A stretch of DNA of 63,887 bases, counting the filler, from Octopus bimaculoides (Eukaryota): NCBI RefSeq assembly GCF_001194135.2. It is 6 parts of 4 records of this genome, joined end to end, with 100 filler letters (N's around TTAATTAATTAA, not from the genome) between each part and the next. Parts side by side here need not be neighbours in the genome. Positions count along the whole stretch, not along the records: positions 1 to 25,450 come from NC_068997.1; positions 25,551 to 48,001 come from NC_068985.1; 4 more parts are not named here. One strand, given 5' to 3'. Shown here one piece after another: positions 25,401 through 38,800 of this stretch. The translations under genes and the position numbers were made by a program. The notes under the pieces are model-generated. The model did no database searches. It was not told the origin of the DNA and saw only the letters and a program-made list of their open reading frames with translations. The stretch's first letter is position 1. Every line of letters starts with the position of its first letter.

Positions 25401-25799
25401 TCATGTGCTCACTTGTGTATGTATGTATATGTATCTATCTATCTATCTATNNNNNNNNNNNNNNNNNNNNNNNNNNNNNNNNNNNNNNNNNNNNTTAATT
25501 AATTAANNNNNNNNNNNNNNNNNNNNNNNNNNNNNNNNNNNNNNNNNNNNAAGAGGCTCCCTGTAATAACAGTGTAGCAACACGGTGGTGCATCAGCATG
25601 GCCGCAGCTCTAAGCTGAAACTTTAAATATATATATATACAGGTGAGAAAGTTGGTATGTGAAAGAACGTGGTTGGATGTATAAAAGATAATAAGAGTGA
25701 AAAAACTACAGAAGGCTTGTGCTACATGGTTAAAGTATATATTTAAATTATGTCAGAAAAATGTTATAAAATCTTTTTGGTATATAAACATTGTATTTT

Positions 25800-25838
25800 G
25801 AAAAATAACCGGTTTCGTGTTGTCTTTTCAGATTTCTC
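25800..25838 (-). ncRNA. Decayed minimal hammerhead
   Basis: GAGAAAT-CTGAAAA-GACAACAC-GAAA-CCGG-TT/ATTTTTC: 7-bp stem I, palindromic ACCGGT; G8>A and weak stem II. Confidence 0.5.
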
Positions 25839-26389
25839 TACTTCATTGTAACGTGTTCGCTCCAGTCACTCACATACATACATATATTTATATTTGTTGA
25901 TGTTTGCTTTTAAGTTCAGTTATAATAAAAATATTTTACACTAATCTGAGGGATTACTTTATATTTTTGCAGAACAGAAATTCACCATTCTTAAACAAGA
26001 ATATTCGTCTATACATTTATAAAGTAACCCATGAAATTAATGTAAAACTGTTTATATTATAACTAAGCATAAAATCAAACACTAACATAATCCTTTGTAC
26101 TATAGGAACAATACCTGGAATTTGTGGGAAGGAGCTAGTCGATTTAAAAGACCTCAGTGATCAGCTGGTACTTACATCGACTCTGAAAGGATAAAAGCAA
26201 AGTCAACCTCTGCAGCATTCGAACTCAGAACGTAAGGACGACAAAATGTTGCTAAGCATTTCGTCGTCCTTACGATTCTTCCAGCTCGCCAACTTAATAA
26301 TTATCAACATAACAGTTCCACAAAGACGTGAGTGCCTTGCTAATATTAACTGAAAAACAGGAATATTTTTGCTTAAGAATAATAAATTT

Positions 26390-26995
26390 GTACTCAACAA
26401 AAGTATAGTGCAACCCATCAGACTACTGCTCCAATATGGTCACCACACATATAAAATTAGCGGTGCAACTCGAAGCAATCCAACAAAGCTACACAAAGAA
26501 AATCGTCTCAGTTCAACGTATCAACTACTGGGAAAAACTGAAAGAATTAAGACTCTTCTCCCTAGAACCTAGGCGGGAAAGATACACAGTTATATGCATC
26601 TGGAAAATTCTGGAAGGTCTTGTGCCAAACTTTGGCATTGAAAGATACACAACCAGCAGAATAGGGTATCACTGCATAGTGCAAAAGATCCCAGCATCCC
26701 ATCAAAATACAGGACCAGATACTGCAACAACTCGAGTTTCAAGGTTTCAAGGGCCCACAGTTCCTCAATATCATTCCAAAATGCCTGAGAGATCTGCATG
26801 GTGTGGATGTAGGTGTCTCCAAAACAAAGCTGGATCTTCTCCTGTCAAGGGTTCCAGATGAGCCTAACTCACGGCAAGAAACACAGATGAGGGCAGCAGC
26901 ATCATACTCCCTCATTTACCAAATGCCACATATGAGCGGAGGTTTCGAATAATGGTGTAGCACAGGCAACGGTGGTGCCCCAGCATGACCACAGC
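26390..26995 (+). mobile_element. CR1-clade LINE 3' fragment
   Basis: DYCS...LEAIQQSYTKKI...NYWEKLKELRLFSLEPRRERYTVICIWKILEGLVPN, a typical CR1 ORF2 C-terminus, then 3' UTR. Confidence 0.85.
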
Positions 26996-26999
26996 TTTT

Positions 27000-27034
<35 letters not shown>

Positions 27035-27900
27035 NNNNNNNNNNNNNNNNNNNNNNNNNNNNNNNNNNNNNNNNNNNNNNNNNNNNNNNNNNNNNNNNNN
27101 NNNNNNNNNNNNNNNNNNNNNNNNNNNNNNNNNNNNNNNNNNNNNNNNNNNNNNNNNNNNNNNNNNNNNNNNNNNNNNNNNNNNNNNNNNNNNNNNNNNN
27201 NNNNNNNNNNNNNNNNNNNNNNNNNNNNNNNNNNNNNNNNNNNNNNNNNNNNNNNNNNNNNNNNNNNNNNNNNNNNNNNNNNNNNNNNNNNNNNNNNNNN
27301 NNNNNNNNNNNNNNNNNNNNNNNNNNNNNNNNNNNNNNNNNNNNNNNNNNNNNNNNNNNNNNNNNNNNNNNNNNNNNNNNNNNNNNNNNNNNNNNNNNNN
27401 NNNNNNNNNNNNNNNNNNNNNNNNNNNNNNNNNNNNNNNNNNNNNNNNNNNNNNNNNNNNNNNNNNNNNNNNNNNNNNNNNNNNNNNNNNNNNNNNNNNN
27501 NNNNNNNNNNNNNNNNNNNNNNNNNNNNNNNNNNNNNNNNNNNNNNNNNNNNNNNNNNNNNNNNNNNNNNNNNNNNNNNNNNNNNNNNNNNNNNNNNNNN
27601 NNNNNNNNNNNNNNNNNNNNNNNNNNNNNNNNNNNNNNNNNNNNNNNNNNNNNNNNNNNNNNNNNNNNNNNNNNNNNNNNNNNNNNNNNNNNNNNNNNNN
27701 NNNNNNNNNNNNNNNNNNNNNNNNNNNNNNNNNNNNNNNNNNNNNNNNNNNNNNNNNNNNNNNNNNNNNNNNNNNNNNNNNNNNNNNNNNNNNNNNNNNN
27801 NNNNNNNNNNNNNNNNNNNNNNNNNNNNNNNNNNNNNNNNNNNNNNNNNNNNNNNNNNNNNNNNNNNNNNNNNNNNNNNNNNNNNNNNNNNNNNNNNNNN

Positions 27901-27953
<53 letters not shown>

Positions 27954-27959
27954 ATGTGT

Positions 27960-28175
27960 GTATATATTTGTGTCTGTGTTTATCCCCCCCCCCAAGCATC
28001 GCTTGGCAACCGATACTGGTGTGTTTACGTCCCCGTAACTTAGCGGTTCGGCTAAAGACCGATACAATAAGTACTAGGTTTACAAAGAATAAGTCCTGGG
28101 GTCGATTTGCTCGACTAAAGGCGGTGCTCCAGCATGGCCGCAGTCAAATGACTGAAACAAGTAAAAGAGTAAAGA
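27960..28175 (+). mobile_element. SINE family B 3' half (young)
   Basis: Near-consensus tail tgtttacgtccccgtaacttagcggttcggc...ggcggtgctccagcatggccgcagtcaaatgactgaaacaag. Confidence 0.85.
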
Positions 28176-28376
28176 GAGAGATAGAGAGAGAGAGAGTCAG
28201 ACAAACAGACAGACAGATAGACAGACAGACAGACAGAGAGATAGAGAGACACAGACAGAGATAGATAGATAGATTGAGAGAGAGAGAAAGAGAGTAAAAT
28301 AGATACACACAGTCATATTTATACTTATGCATGGATATTTGCACACATATAAACACACACACGCACATATAAATCG

Positions 28377-28409
<33 letters not shown>

Positions 28410-29228
28410 CATACATACATACAGACATATACAACGTGTGCTTGATTGTATCTAGGCCTGTATGGTGTGCGATTTATCTAAGTTTGTGTGGTGTACGTGT
28501 GTATATGTGAAACAAATTATTCTAGAGGCTGGTATATACCTCTGATGTAATAACAACTATGTCATCTCAAAAGCAGTGGTCAGTCATTTTGATTTAGCAA
28601 GTCATTCCTTCAATAATTTCTTTGAGTAAGGGCTTATCTTAGATCGCGGTAAAATGTCCACCCGTAAACGCAAAAATAAAGACCCAATTTATATTCTAAG
28701 TACTTTCTCGCCCAAGGAAATTAGCAAATATTTCATTTTCCTCTCGTTCACATCTACCCTTTCCAGGAATAGGAGTTAATAATTTTCTCTTCCAGCGAGG
28801 ATAGCGAAAGAAATCATCTAGTCCTTAGGGTCAAAGTTGATCACTGGAAAGCTATGGAATACATCTCACCTAACAGAAAGCCACATGAGGCAGAGTCCAA
28901 TGATTCTGTGACTGTTGGAAAATGGTACTTACCGCCAATTGTTACGTAGTTCCCCAAACGATTAAATAATGAATTATAAAGTTACAGGTAAAGTCCATTA
29001 GCAGTTCCAAAGCAGAGACAAAGAATAGTTATCTTCTGCCATGGATTATCATCAAACATCCTTCTTTTGGAACTGCCTCCTTATCTATAACTTAATTATT
29101 TATTCAATTATGGAACTATGTAACACATATACGTTACACTCTGATCCTTCCATCATTTTCAACAAACTAGAAAGTAATAATCTACGTGATTGAAGATATT
29201 TCTTTATTTTTACATCTCTGACTTCTAA

Positions 29229-29316
29229 CTCTCCGATGACGGTATACTTAGCGTATGGAATCCTTACTCAAAATCATGATCCACATGTTTGGCTATTCTA
29301 GAAACAGCTGTAAGAG
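29229..29316 (+). ncRNA. Decayed hammerhead-like motif, same family as 23755-23860
   Basis: CTCT-CCGATGA-(61 nt)-GAAA-CAGCTG-TA/AGAG; U4>C; 4-bp stem I. Confidence 0.45.
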
Positions 29317-29399
29317 ACTCTATCTGTTTGATTCTTTATCTAAATTAACTGCTTTTTTTGAGTCATGCCAAAAGTTTTTGTTTTCATTTTCGTTTTTTA

Positions 29400-29400
<1 letters not shown>

Positions 29401-29461
<61 letters not shown>

Positions 29462-29532
29462 TTACCTATCTATACGCGCATCACACATACACACACATAA
29501 GTAGATAGAGGGATAAATAGATAGACAGATTA

Positions 29533-29605
<73 letters not shown>

Positions 29606-29610
29606 CAGAC
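29401..29610. repeat. Opposed (TATC)n and (GATA)n tetranucleotide arrays
   Basis: (TATC)n at 29401-29460 and (GATA)n at 29535-29605. Confidence 0.95.
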
Positions 29611-29797
29611 ACAGTATTATATATTTGAAAAATGAAAAGAAATGGTTTTTCTGGTAATTCTTCCATTTTGATTTTTATATGGTTATTAGTAATTATGTGT
29701 TTGCCAAAGGTGAATCAAATTTGAGTTTTTCGTTTAAAGGCGGTTTTCAAACCGATATTTTAGAGTTTGTTATCACTGAAGAGATATAGCTGTATAA

Positions 29798-29838
<41 letters not shown>

Positions 29839-30905
29839 GGAGTTATTATCATAGCAGTCCACATGAAAACATCAACCAAACACTGGGTAATCAGAGCTAC
29901 GGATACCCATAGTTACACCCATTTTGTATATTCTCACAGTAGCATACAACTGTTTATATGTATATATGTGCATGCATATAAGATATATAGGGGCATGTGC
30001 ATGTATGTATGGGTGTGTGATTGTATGGGTGTGCATTTATGTGTATCCATATGCAGGTATATATGTTTTATATATGTGTGGGTGTGTGTGATTTTTTTGT
30101 TTTATATATATATATACATTCATTTATATGTATATATATGTATATACTTGTATGCATATGAATCTGTAAATATATATATGGATATATACATGTATATATA
30201 TATACATATATATTTATATATACATATACATACAAATAGACATATATGTATATATATACGTATATACATACATACATATATATNNNNNNNNNNNNNNNNN
30301 NNNNNNNNNNNNNNNNNNNNNNNNNNNNNNNNNNNNNNNNNNNNNNNNNNNNNNNNNNNNNNNNNNNNNNNNNNNNNNNNNNNNNNNNNNNNNNNNNNNN
30401 NNNNNNNNNNNNNNNNNNNNNNNNNNNNNNNNNNNNNNNNNNNNNNNNNNNNNNNNNNNNNNNNNNNNNNNNNNNNNNNNNNNNNNNNNNNNNNNNNNNN
30501 NNNNNNNNNNNNNNNNNNNNNNNNNNNNNNNNNNNNNNNNNNNNNNNNNNNNNNNNNNNNNNNNNNNNNNNNNNNNNNNNNNNNNNNNNNNNNNNNNNNN
30601 NNNNNNNNNNNNNNNNNNNNNNNNNNNNNNNNNNNNNNNNNNNNNNNNNNNNNNNNNNNNNNNNNNNNNNNNNNNNNNNNNNNNNNNNNNNNNNNNNNNN
30701 NNNNNNNNNNNNNNNNNNNNNNNNNNNNNNNNNNNNNNNNNNNNNNNNNNNNNNNNNNNNNNNNNNNNNNNNNNNNNNNNNNNNNNNNNNNNNNNNNNNN
30801 NNNNNNNNNNNNNNNNNNNNNNNNNNNNNNNNNNNNNNTATATATATATATATATATATATGCATACACACGCGCACATATAAATATCATTTAACAACGG
30901 TAGTA

Positions 30906-31866
30906 TTAGGTCGTATGAAATTTGTAGTAAGGTATATGGTAAATTTTGACAGCTGCTCATTTTGTGCCATTATTATATTTTGACAATATCTATTTTTCGT
31001 TAGAAAGCTAACACATCTATTTCTTTATTCTAACTCATTTTGTACTTTATAAAATATTCATAAATCATGTTTTTTGCTGGGGTTTTTTTTTCAGAGATGG
31101 ATAAGTCGGAAATTCGTACAGTTTTATGAGTTCTTTCTTGGAAATACAGCTTTACAGACAGATCGGAATATTAATGGAGTATTTCAATCTAATGTTATTA
31201 CACAGAAGACAGTATCAAATTGGTTTGAAAAATTTCGTTCTGGTAACATTTACCTAACAAATTAGCAACGCGGTCGGGCAAAGACGAGCTACCAAAACAC
31301 AGTCCAAAAAACAAAATTCATCAAAAGAATCTGTGTTTGGTGTTCTGGCGCAAGCGTGATCCATTGTAATTTTATTAAACCAGGCTCTTCAATCACGGCC
31401 GAAGTATACTGCAGCCAACTGGACCAAATGATGCAGAAACTCAGAAAAAAACCCAGCCTAGATTAGTCAACAGATCCACTCCTATTTTATTGCAAGACAA
31501 CGCCAGACCACACATCACAAAAATGACATTGTCGAAACTACAGGAGTTGGAGTTGGAAGTTCTCCCTCATCCACCATACTCACCTGATCTTGGCCCCACT
31601 GACTACCACTTCTTCCAGAATTTGGATTACATTTTGATAGGAAAACAAATTAATTCCGACGATGCTGTAAAACAGACCTTCCACGATTTTATTGACTCTA
31701 GATTGCCAGGATTTTACAGTTCCAGGCTGGACAAGTTACTGCTGAAATGGCAAAAGTGTATTGACAATATGGGTGCATACTTTAATGAATAAAACTATTC
31801 ATTGTATTTATAAAACATTAGCAAATGTTATTTTCTTTTCTACAAGTTTCATACTTGACGACCTAA
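30906..31866 (+). mobile_element. Mariner transposon, internally deleted, pseudogenised transposase
   Basis: TIRs ttaggtcg(tcaag)tatgaaa.ttgtag at both ends, left preceded by TA; HTH region YEFFLGN...WFEKFRSG; LQDNARPH and PYSPDL.PTD motifs; frameshifts and stops; first catalytic Asp region missing. Confidence 0.9.
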
Positions 31867-32687
31867 TTAAATAATATTCTTAAGGCCACAATTTACTAAC
31901 ACGCAGCATCTTTCAGAGCTTCTCGCTAATTCAGTTCTTAACCAAATTGAAAACTGTTAACATTTTTGAAGAGAACTGGCTGCTAGCTACATTTTGACAT
32001 TAAAAAAAATTGAGATTTGGTCCAGTAGAAAAAAGTTTACATCAGAATTTGTAGCAACGTTATAGGAGAGTAAATAACGCCACCAATCAAGTTTAAATCT
32101 AAATAACTATTTTATTTTAAAAGCAAGATATTTTTATCTTAGCTTCAATGATAGAAGAAGGCATGAAGAATTTCATAGTTTTGTTCCCAGGCAACAAACA
32201 TTTGCATAAAAAAAAAATTGAGAGGTAAAATACCATGAACAACTATGAGGCAAAAAATTGGATCTAAGTGTAATTAAATTTTTTATTTTAAAGACAAACT
32301 ATATTTTAATGAAGCTTAAATGATAGAGCTCAATTCGAGGAATTTCATTGTATAAGTCTCATGCAATGATGTTTTAATAGAAAAAAGTTATGGGTGTTTG
32401 TTTCTTAAATTTGAGGGTGATAATATAGTTCTATACGTTTTTATGAATATAATTCTATAAGGGGACTTTAATATATGCCACTGGCGTCATTGAAGTAAGG
32501 AAAAAATTATTAATGACACCACTAATTGACACAGTTAACACATTATTAATCGGCATAATAACATAGCCTTGTTTACTTTACTAGATGTAATAAATTGTCC
32601 TAAACTTTTCCAAGTGTAATAACTTGTCCTGTAATTTTCCAGATTTATTATCTTAAGAATATTATTTCTCTTGCTCGCATTTTCCAC

Positions 32688-32752
<65 letters not shown>

Positions 32753-34210
32753 GCAAGCACACACACAAGCACGCACACAAGCACGCAAACATACATATGT
32801 GTATATGTATATTTATCTATCTATCTATCTATCTATTTATCTAGTTTTTTTTCTTATAAACTCTGTAATGCTCGCCGCGACGGTGGAGAGAAATGTGCGT
32901 GTTTTGAAGCAATCACACAAATGAAGTGTTGTAATGCCGTTTGGTATTAGGGGACCATAGCGAGCAACAACATCCTGAGTGTGGTCCTGAAAAAACAGAG
33001 AAAAGAAATATGCATCAGATTCAGAGAAACAGAATATTCTGCAGACCTAGTGCCTCATCCTTCGAGCAATATCGACCTCATAATTTATGTGGACGTTCTA
33101 GCTGGGGTTTGTTATCAAAAATTACTTTGAAATCTCCGATATTATTTTGTACCAACAGTTATACTTCCAAGGGAATGGAATATAGTTGGTTAAACACATC
33201 CTTTCTTTCTGAAGTGAATGAGTTTAAATTTTCTCTCATTTAGCATCAGATTGTTTTTGAGGTTTGAAATAAAGTGTTTTGCTCAAGAACACAGCGCGTC
33301 TCCCGGTCCAAGAATGGAAACCACAATCTTACGCTCATGATGCTGACACCCTAACCACTAAGCCACGCGCCTCCTCAGTGGTTGTTAAAGTGGTAATTAT
33401 TTTCTCAATTTGAAAATCATTCATGCGTAACTTTTATTAATATAATATAACTTTAGCTGTCATTTATGTGCAATTACGTAATTGGTTAATATACTTATTA
33501 TTACATTTTTCACAAGATACCCCACTAAGATTACTTTACTCATAAATTTCATTCAAATGGCCACCATGATGGCGTCACTGAAATGAATGATAGTGCATCT
33601 TAGTGTAAGTGTATGACTGAACAAACTGAGGTCAATTAAAATTATGAAAAGCTTTCCTATTTTTATTACAAGTTTACTTTCTTAATACGTTACTAATGAT
33701 ATATGCCATAAACCTATACTCTGCGTTAACTAAACAAATTAAACGATAACTATTGTGAGAGATATGTATGCCTCACTTCACTGGATACGCAACACAAAAA
33801 CCTAAGAAGGTTAATGAGAACGCCGACCTGACGAAGGTTTCTGAGTTTCAAATAGAATGCAATGCTTTAGTTTTTATAGCTTTCTAGTCTCCAAGTTCAA
33901 ATCCTGCCGAGGTCAACTTTCATCGATTTGGCGTAGATAAATAGAACACCAGTCCACGGTGGCTGATTAGTAGAATTGTTAAAATGTCGGCTGAAATAAT
34001 TTGTGGTATCTATTCTAGATTTTTGCATTTTGATTTGAAAGTCTCTTTGATTATTACTGGCCTTTCAGTGTCTATAAAAAGGGCTTTTCGAGATTCGGTT
34101 AACAATCTAGAGTCCGACGGGGCGTTACATCATTTAGAGTAATACAATGGTTACATCAATAAAATGAAGGGAACCATGCATTGAAGTGGTATAGACGCTG
34201 GAACAGAAGT

Positions 34211-34601
34211 TTTTTTGTTTGTTGGCACTCCGTTGCTTACGACGTCGAGGGTTCCAGTTGATCCGCTCAACGGAACAGCCTGCTCGTGAAATTAACGTGC
34301 AAGTAGCTGAGCACTCCACAGACACGTGTACCCTTAACGTAGTTCTCGGGGAGATTCAGCGTGACACAGTGTGACAAGGCTGACCCTTTGAATTACAGGC
34401 ACAACAGAAACAGGAAGTAAGAGTGAGGGAAAGTTGTGGTGGAAGAGTACAGCAGGGTTCGCCACCATCCCCTGCCGGAGCCTTGTGGAGCGTTAGGTGT
34501 TTTCGCTCAATAAACACTCACAACGCCCGGTCTGGGAATCGAAACTGCGATCCTATGACCGCAAGTCCGCTGCCCTAACCATTGGGCCATTGCGCCTCCA
34601 C
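34211..34601 (-). mobile_element. Full-length SINE family C (tRNA-Arg-like head) with 11-bp TSD
   Basis: TSD ggaacagaagt at 34200-34210 and 34602-34612; A and B boxes intact. Confidence 0.92.
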
Positions 34602-35919
34602 GGAACAGAAGTAAGAACAGATAATTGATTTATAGTTTCATCACTATGCTGGACCAAATTTTCTAACGGGGAACAATTTAGTAAATAAATCGGCTCTTTA
34701 AATTGCAAAGTGCTAAAGTATTAACTGGACTTGACTTTACAGTAAAAAAATAAAACAAACAAACGAAGTTACATTTGTCAAAGATGCCATACTGTGTAAT
34801 CGAAAGAGAAAACTAATGATTGCAAAGCAATCTTCTTAGTCTTTTGGTCAAGCTATAATAGAATGGCAAAAAAAGTGGGTAGAACAGCCTGAAAATTAGT
34901 CTATCCTTATTTTAATCTGTATGTAGATGTCTTTCTAAACGAGACAACTATCAAAAACAGACCCTAAAATGATACTCCTCTCGCCCTTAAAAACTTATAC
35001 GCGAACAATTTTAGTATAAAACTTTACGCATATAGTATTTTCCTTTATAGATGTATAGGTTTATGACTTACTGTTGCTGGCATGAATTTNNNNNNNNNNT
35101 TTCTGTATATCTTAACTATGAGTTATCACTCTCTTTGTCTCTCTCTCTCTCTCTCTCTCTCTGTTTTTCTGTTTTAGTCTCTCTTTGTGCGTGATACAGA
35201 GCGCATGTATGTGGTTGTGTGTGTGACCGCCGACATTGCAACACCCATCCATACTTTAACAACCCTACAAGCATCACCAGACCTAAATCAAGTAAGCATT
35301 ACTCAAAATTTCTGTTGCGCTTCTTCTAACTTCATATTTTGTCTCATCAGCAAACCTTGCAGCGCAATATAATTTAATACAGGCCATCGCCTTGCCAATT
35401 GTGTTTGGAAGCATATTCGAAGTATATTATGTATGCCTGGTCAACTTGTTACCATCCACTTCAGCACTATTGACCATTTCTTACCTATTTATCAGTGATG
35501 CAGCTCTTCTGTACAACATGACTCAGAAATATGAAACATGAGACTATATCACTATCAGGTTTAAACGAATGTTTTTACTTCTACTCCTAAACCAACTTTT
35601 GGTGCAGTAATCCCAGTGTTATCCTTCAGCTCCTCTCTCTCTCTCTCTCTCTCTCTCCTCATGTAGTCTTGCATCCTGCAGCAATTGCAGCAAGTTTCTC
35701 TAACATGAAAAATATGCAACTCTTCAGTTTGTCTATTTCTCTCTTGTCACCTTAACTCTGCAAACATGTTTCCTCCAAATAATACATAGTTTTTAATAGC
35801 CATCATACAATTTTTAAAGTATTGAAGCAATAAATCTAGATGAGAGTTATGTAAATGGCCAGAGTCGATGAAATAGCTCTAAGTATAAACCTGTAGGTCA
35901 GAGAACAACTGTTGTCGAG

Positions 35920-37103
35920 ATCATTAGCAAGTCTTTATATTTACTGATCTTGTCAAGTTCTTTCGCCGCTATATTATGATCGCAAGGAATACTCATGTCA
36001 ATTAATAAACACATCTTTTTTGTCTGATCTTTTATAATAATATCCGGTTTATTAACTTTTATAGCTTTATCGGTATGTACGGGGAAGTCCCAGAGAATCA
36101 ATACATTTTCTCCCTCAGTCACAGCTTCAGGATGGTGTTTATACTGGCCGACTCTGTCATGTCTTGCTTTATATTCTACAGGTGCTAAGACTCTACACCC
36201 TGAGATTAGGTGGTCTATAGTTTCAATCTCATCGTTACAGAATCGGCATTTTGAGTCAGCTCCATTTTTTATCACATTGGTAGTTCCGGGTTAATAAGCT
36301 TTGTTCTTGAGCAGCTAATATGAAACCTTCACTCTCTGCTTTTAGTCCTGAGCTTCGTAACCATTGATGCGTTTGTTTCTGGTCGACATCAGCTTGTTTG
36401 CTACGAGCCACATACTTGCCATGCAGAGGTTTCTGTTCCCATCTGCTAGCTAATTTTTCATGTGCTTTTGACTTTGCAATTAATTTTATTTTCTTTCCAG
36501 GCAGCAGTTGGCACATTTCCTTCAACCTGATCAAGCTTGTGGGTATCTAAGAGATCAGTAGCGAATTATTTGCTTTCTTTCAGAATAGAGTGAAGTTTTT
36601 TCGGTCTTTCATGTTTTTCAACAAGTTTCAGCATCCAGTCGTTGGTTGTTTCAAGGTATTTGGCCAGTTCGATTGTGGTGGTTTTGTACGTAAGTTCAAG
36701 CTGGATCAAGCCTCGACCTCCCTGAGCTCTGGGAAGATAAAGACGATCCACGTCTGCCTTTGGATGGTGCATCTTATTACAAGTCAGTAACTTGCGGATT
36801 TTTCCATCAATTTTTACTATTTCACTAGTATTCCAGTTAAGCACATTGAAGCTATAAAGAACAACTGGGACTGCTAAGGAATTTATGGCTAACACCTTAT
36901 CATATGCATTCAGCTCAGATTTCAGAACTGCTCGAACTCTTCTATAACATTCCTTCCTAACCTTCTCTTTCATACTTGCATGCTGGATACCAGAGCCTTC
37001 ATTTATTCCTAGGTATTTATAGGTTTTTCCCTGCTCAAGATCCTTTATTACTGTTTCGACATCTAATTCTATTGAACTTGACTTTACCAGTTTCCCTTTC
37101 TTC
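35920..37103 (-). mobile_element. R4/Dong-like (REL endonuclease) non-LTR fragment
   Basis: YKYLG, HPKADVDRLYLPRAQGGRGL, CCHC knuckle CRFC...ETIDHLISGC, RHD, KPDIII...LID...KYKDL; several frameshifts. Confidence 0.88.
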
Positions 37104-37382
37104 TTATTATTATTATTATTAAGGCAGCGTACAGGCAGAACGGTTAGCACGCCGAGCAAGATACTTAGCAGTATTTCGTCCGTTTCTACGTTCAGAGTTC
37201 AAATTCTACAGAGGTTGACTTAGACGCTCACCCTTTCGGAGTCGATAAAATAATTACCAGTTGAACACTGGATTCGATGTAATCGACTCATCCCTTCATC
37301 CCAAAATTGCTGTCCTTGTGGCAAAATTGGGAACCATTATTATTATTGCTATTATTATTATCATTAATTATTATTATTATTA

Positions 37383-37432
<50 letters not shown>

Positions 37433-38029
37433 GCATTGAGCTGGCAGAATCATTAGGGCATCGGACAAAATAGCAGCATTTCTTCTGGCACCTTATGTTT
37501 TAATTTCAGATGCCACCGAGATTGACTTTGCTTTAATCCTTTCGAAGTAAGTACAAACAAAAAAAAAAAAGAAAGAAAACAACTCTAGTTGAATACTACG
37601 GTCAATGTAATCAATTTACCATCTCCCCTAAAATTACTGGATTTCTGCCAAAATTTGAGAACATTTTTGTTATTATCATTCGGCAAAGAATACGCATATT
37701 CTAATATACTGGAACCTTTCTGTAGCGCTATATATAACTGAATAAATTTGTTTATTAATAATTCATATTTTATAGATTTTATAGATATTAATACTTCATA
37801 TTTTATGCACAAAACATGGCCGCTTCCTTAGAGGAGTATGTTTCTCTGAAAGGTGACTGGCAATTTCATTTTGTTTTAGTTCCCCGTTTAAATATGAGAT
37901 GTGCTAGAAATATTACTATTTCCGTTTTAAAAAGCTGTCGCCTTTTCACCTACCAGGTGCTTATATTAGGAGAGATTTTCAATTCCCTTTACGAAAATCT
38001 TTCAGTCATTTGGGCAAGCTAAATCAATT

Positions 38030-38800
38030 AATGTGCAAAATCTCCGTCTTTTGACTTTCATAAAAGTTTCCTTTAGTTTCCCCCCTATTTCCTTGTATAC
38101 ATGTACATGCTTATATCATAGTGGATGATACCTTTCTTTTCTACCACGAATCCGAGACATGTTTATGTCATTTTTCTACTGTTAGGTGCCTTCGTTCTCT
38201 TCATATTTTCTAACAAATATATGTAGCAACCCAGTTACGTCTCTTTGAAATATTTCGATGCAATTATTGCGAGCTATTCTAGTTTGTCAGTTGGCTCATG
38301 AAATTAGCCACAGTGCAACATTCCGGCTTTACTTCTTGCTTCAGAACATACCTCTTACAATACCTAGTTAATAAATATTGGTCCTGTGTAACAATTATCA
38401 AGTCTAATTTTTTTGAGTTGCGATCTTTGGAACCAGGTGTGGCTCGACAGAGCCTGTTTTATTCTGGTTTATTTACTCCCTTTGAGAATTGTACGCTGAT
38501 GGAGTTCAGATCCCATGAAATTCCTAGTAGTAGAATGTCTTATGTTTTCGTGACGATGCCTTGTCCAACTGGATCTGCTTTATATACCGTCTCCAAATGT
38601 ATGATGCCACTTCCGTCCTTCCTTTTAGTGTTATAGATGCGATGTATTTCAACTTTTGTGTGATGTAATCTAAATATTTTTACCAACAGTTTACTTTTCT
38701 TCTTAAAAAAATGAGCGATTAAAAAAAGATGTGAGATAATGGAAATCATAGACCAGTTTGTGAGAATGATCTTGATTGAGAGCGCAATCATTGACAAGAT
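38030..38800 (-). mobile_element. Second, older R4/Dong-like fragment
   Basis: HHTKVEIHRIYNTKRKDGSGIIHLE and IIVTQDQYLLTR parallel the motifs of the 35920-37103 copy. Confidence 0.6.

Noticed and set aside
25495-25506. TTAATTAATTAA islands inside N gaps (also 48046, 56781, 59352, 62416)
   Set aside because: Identical 12-mer with stops in all six frames, always flanked by about 45-50 N; a contig-joining spacer, not biology
33828-33860. CTGACGAAGG
   Set aside because: No GAAA/stem III follows
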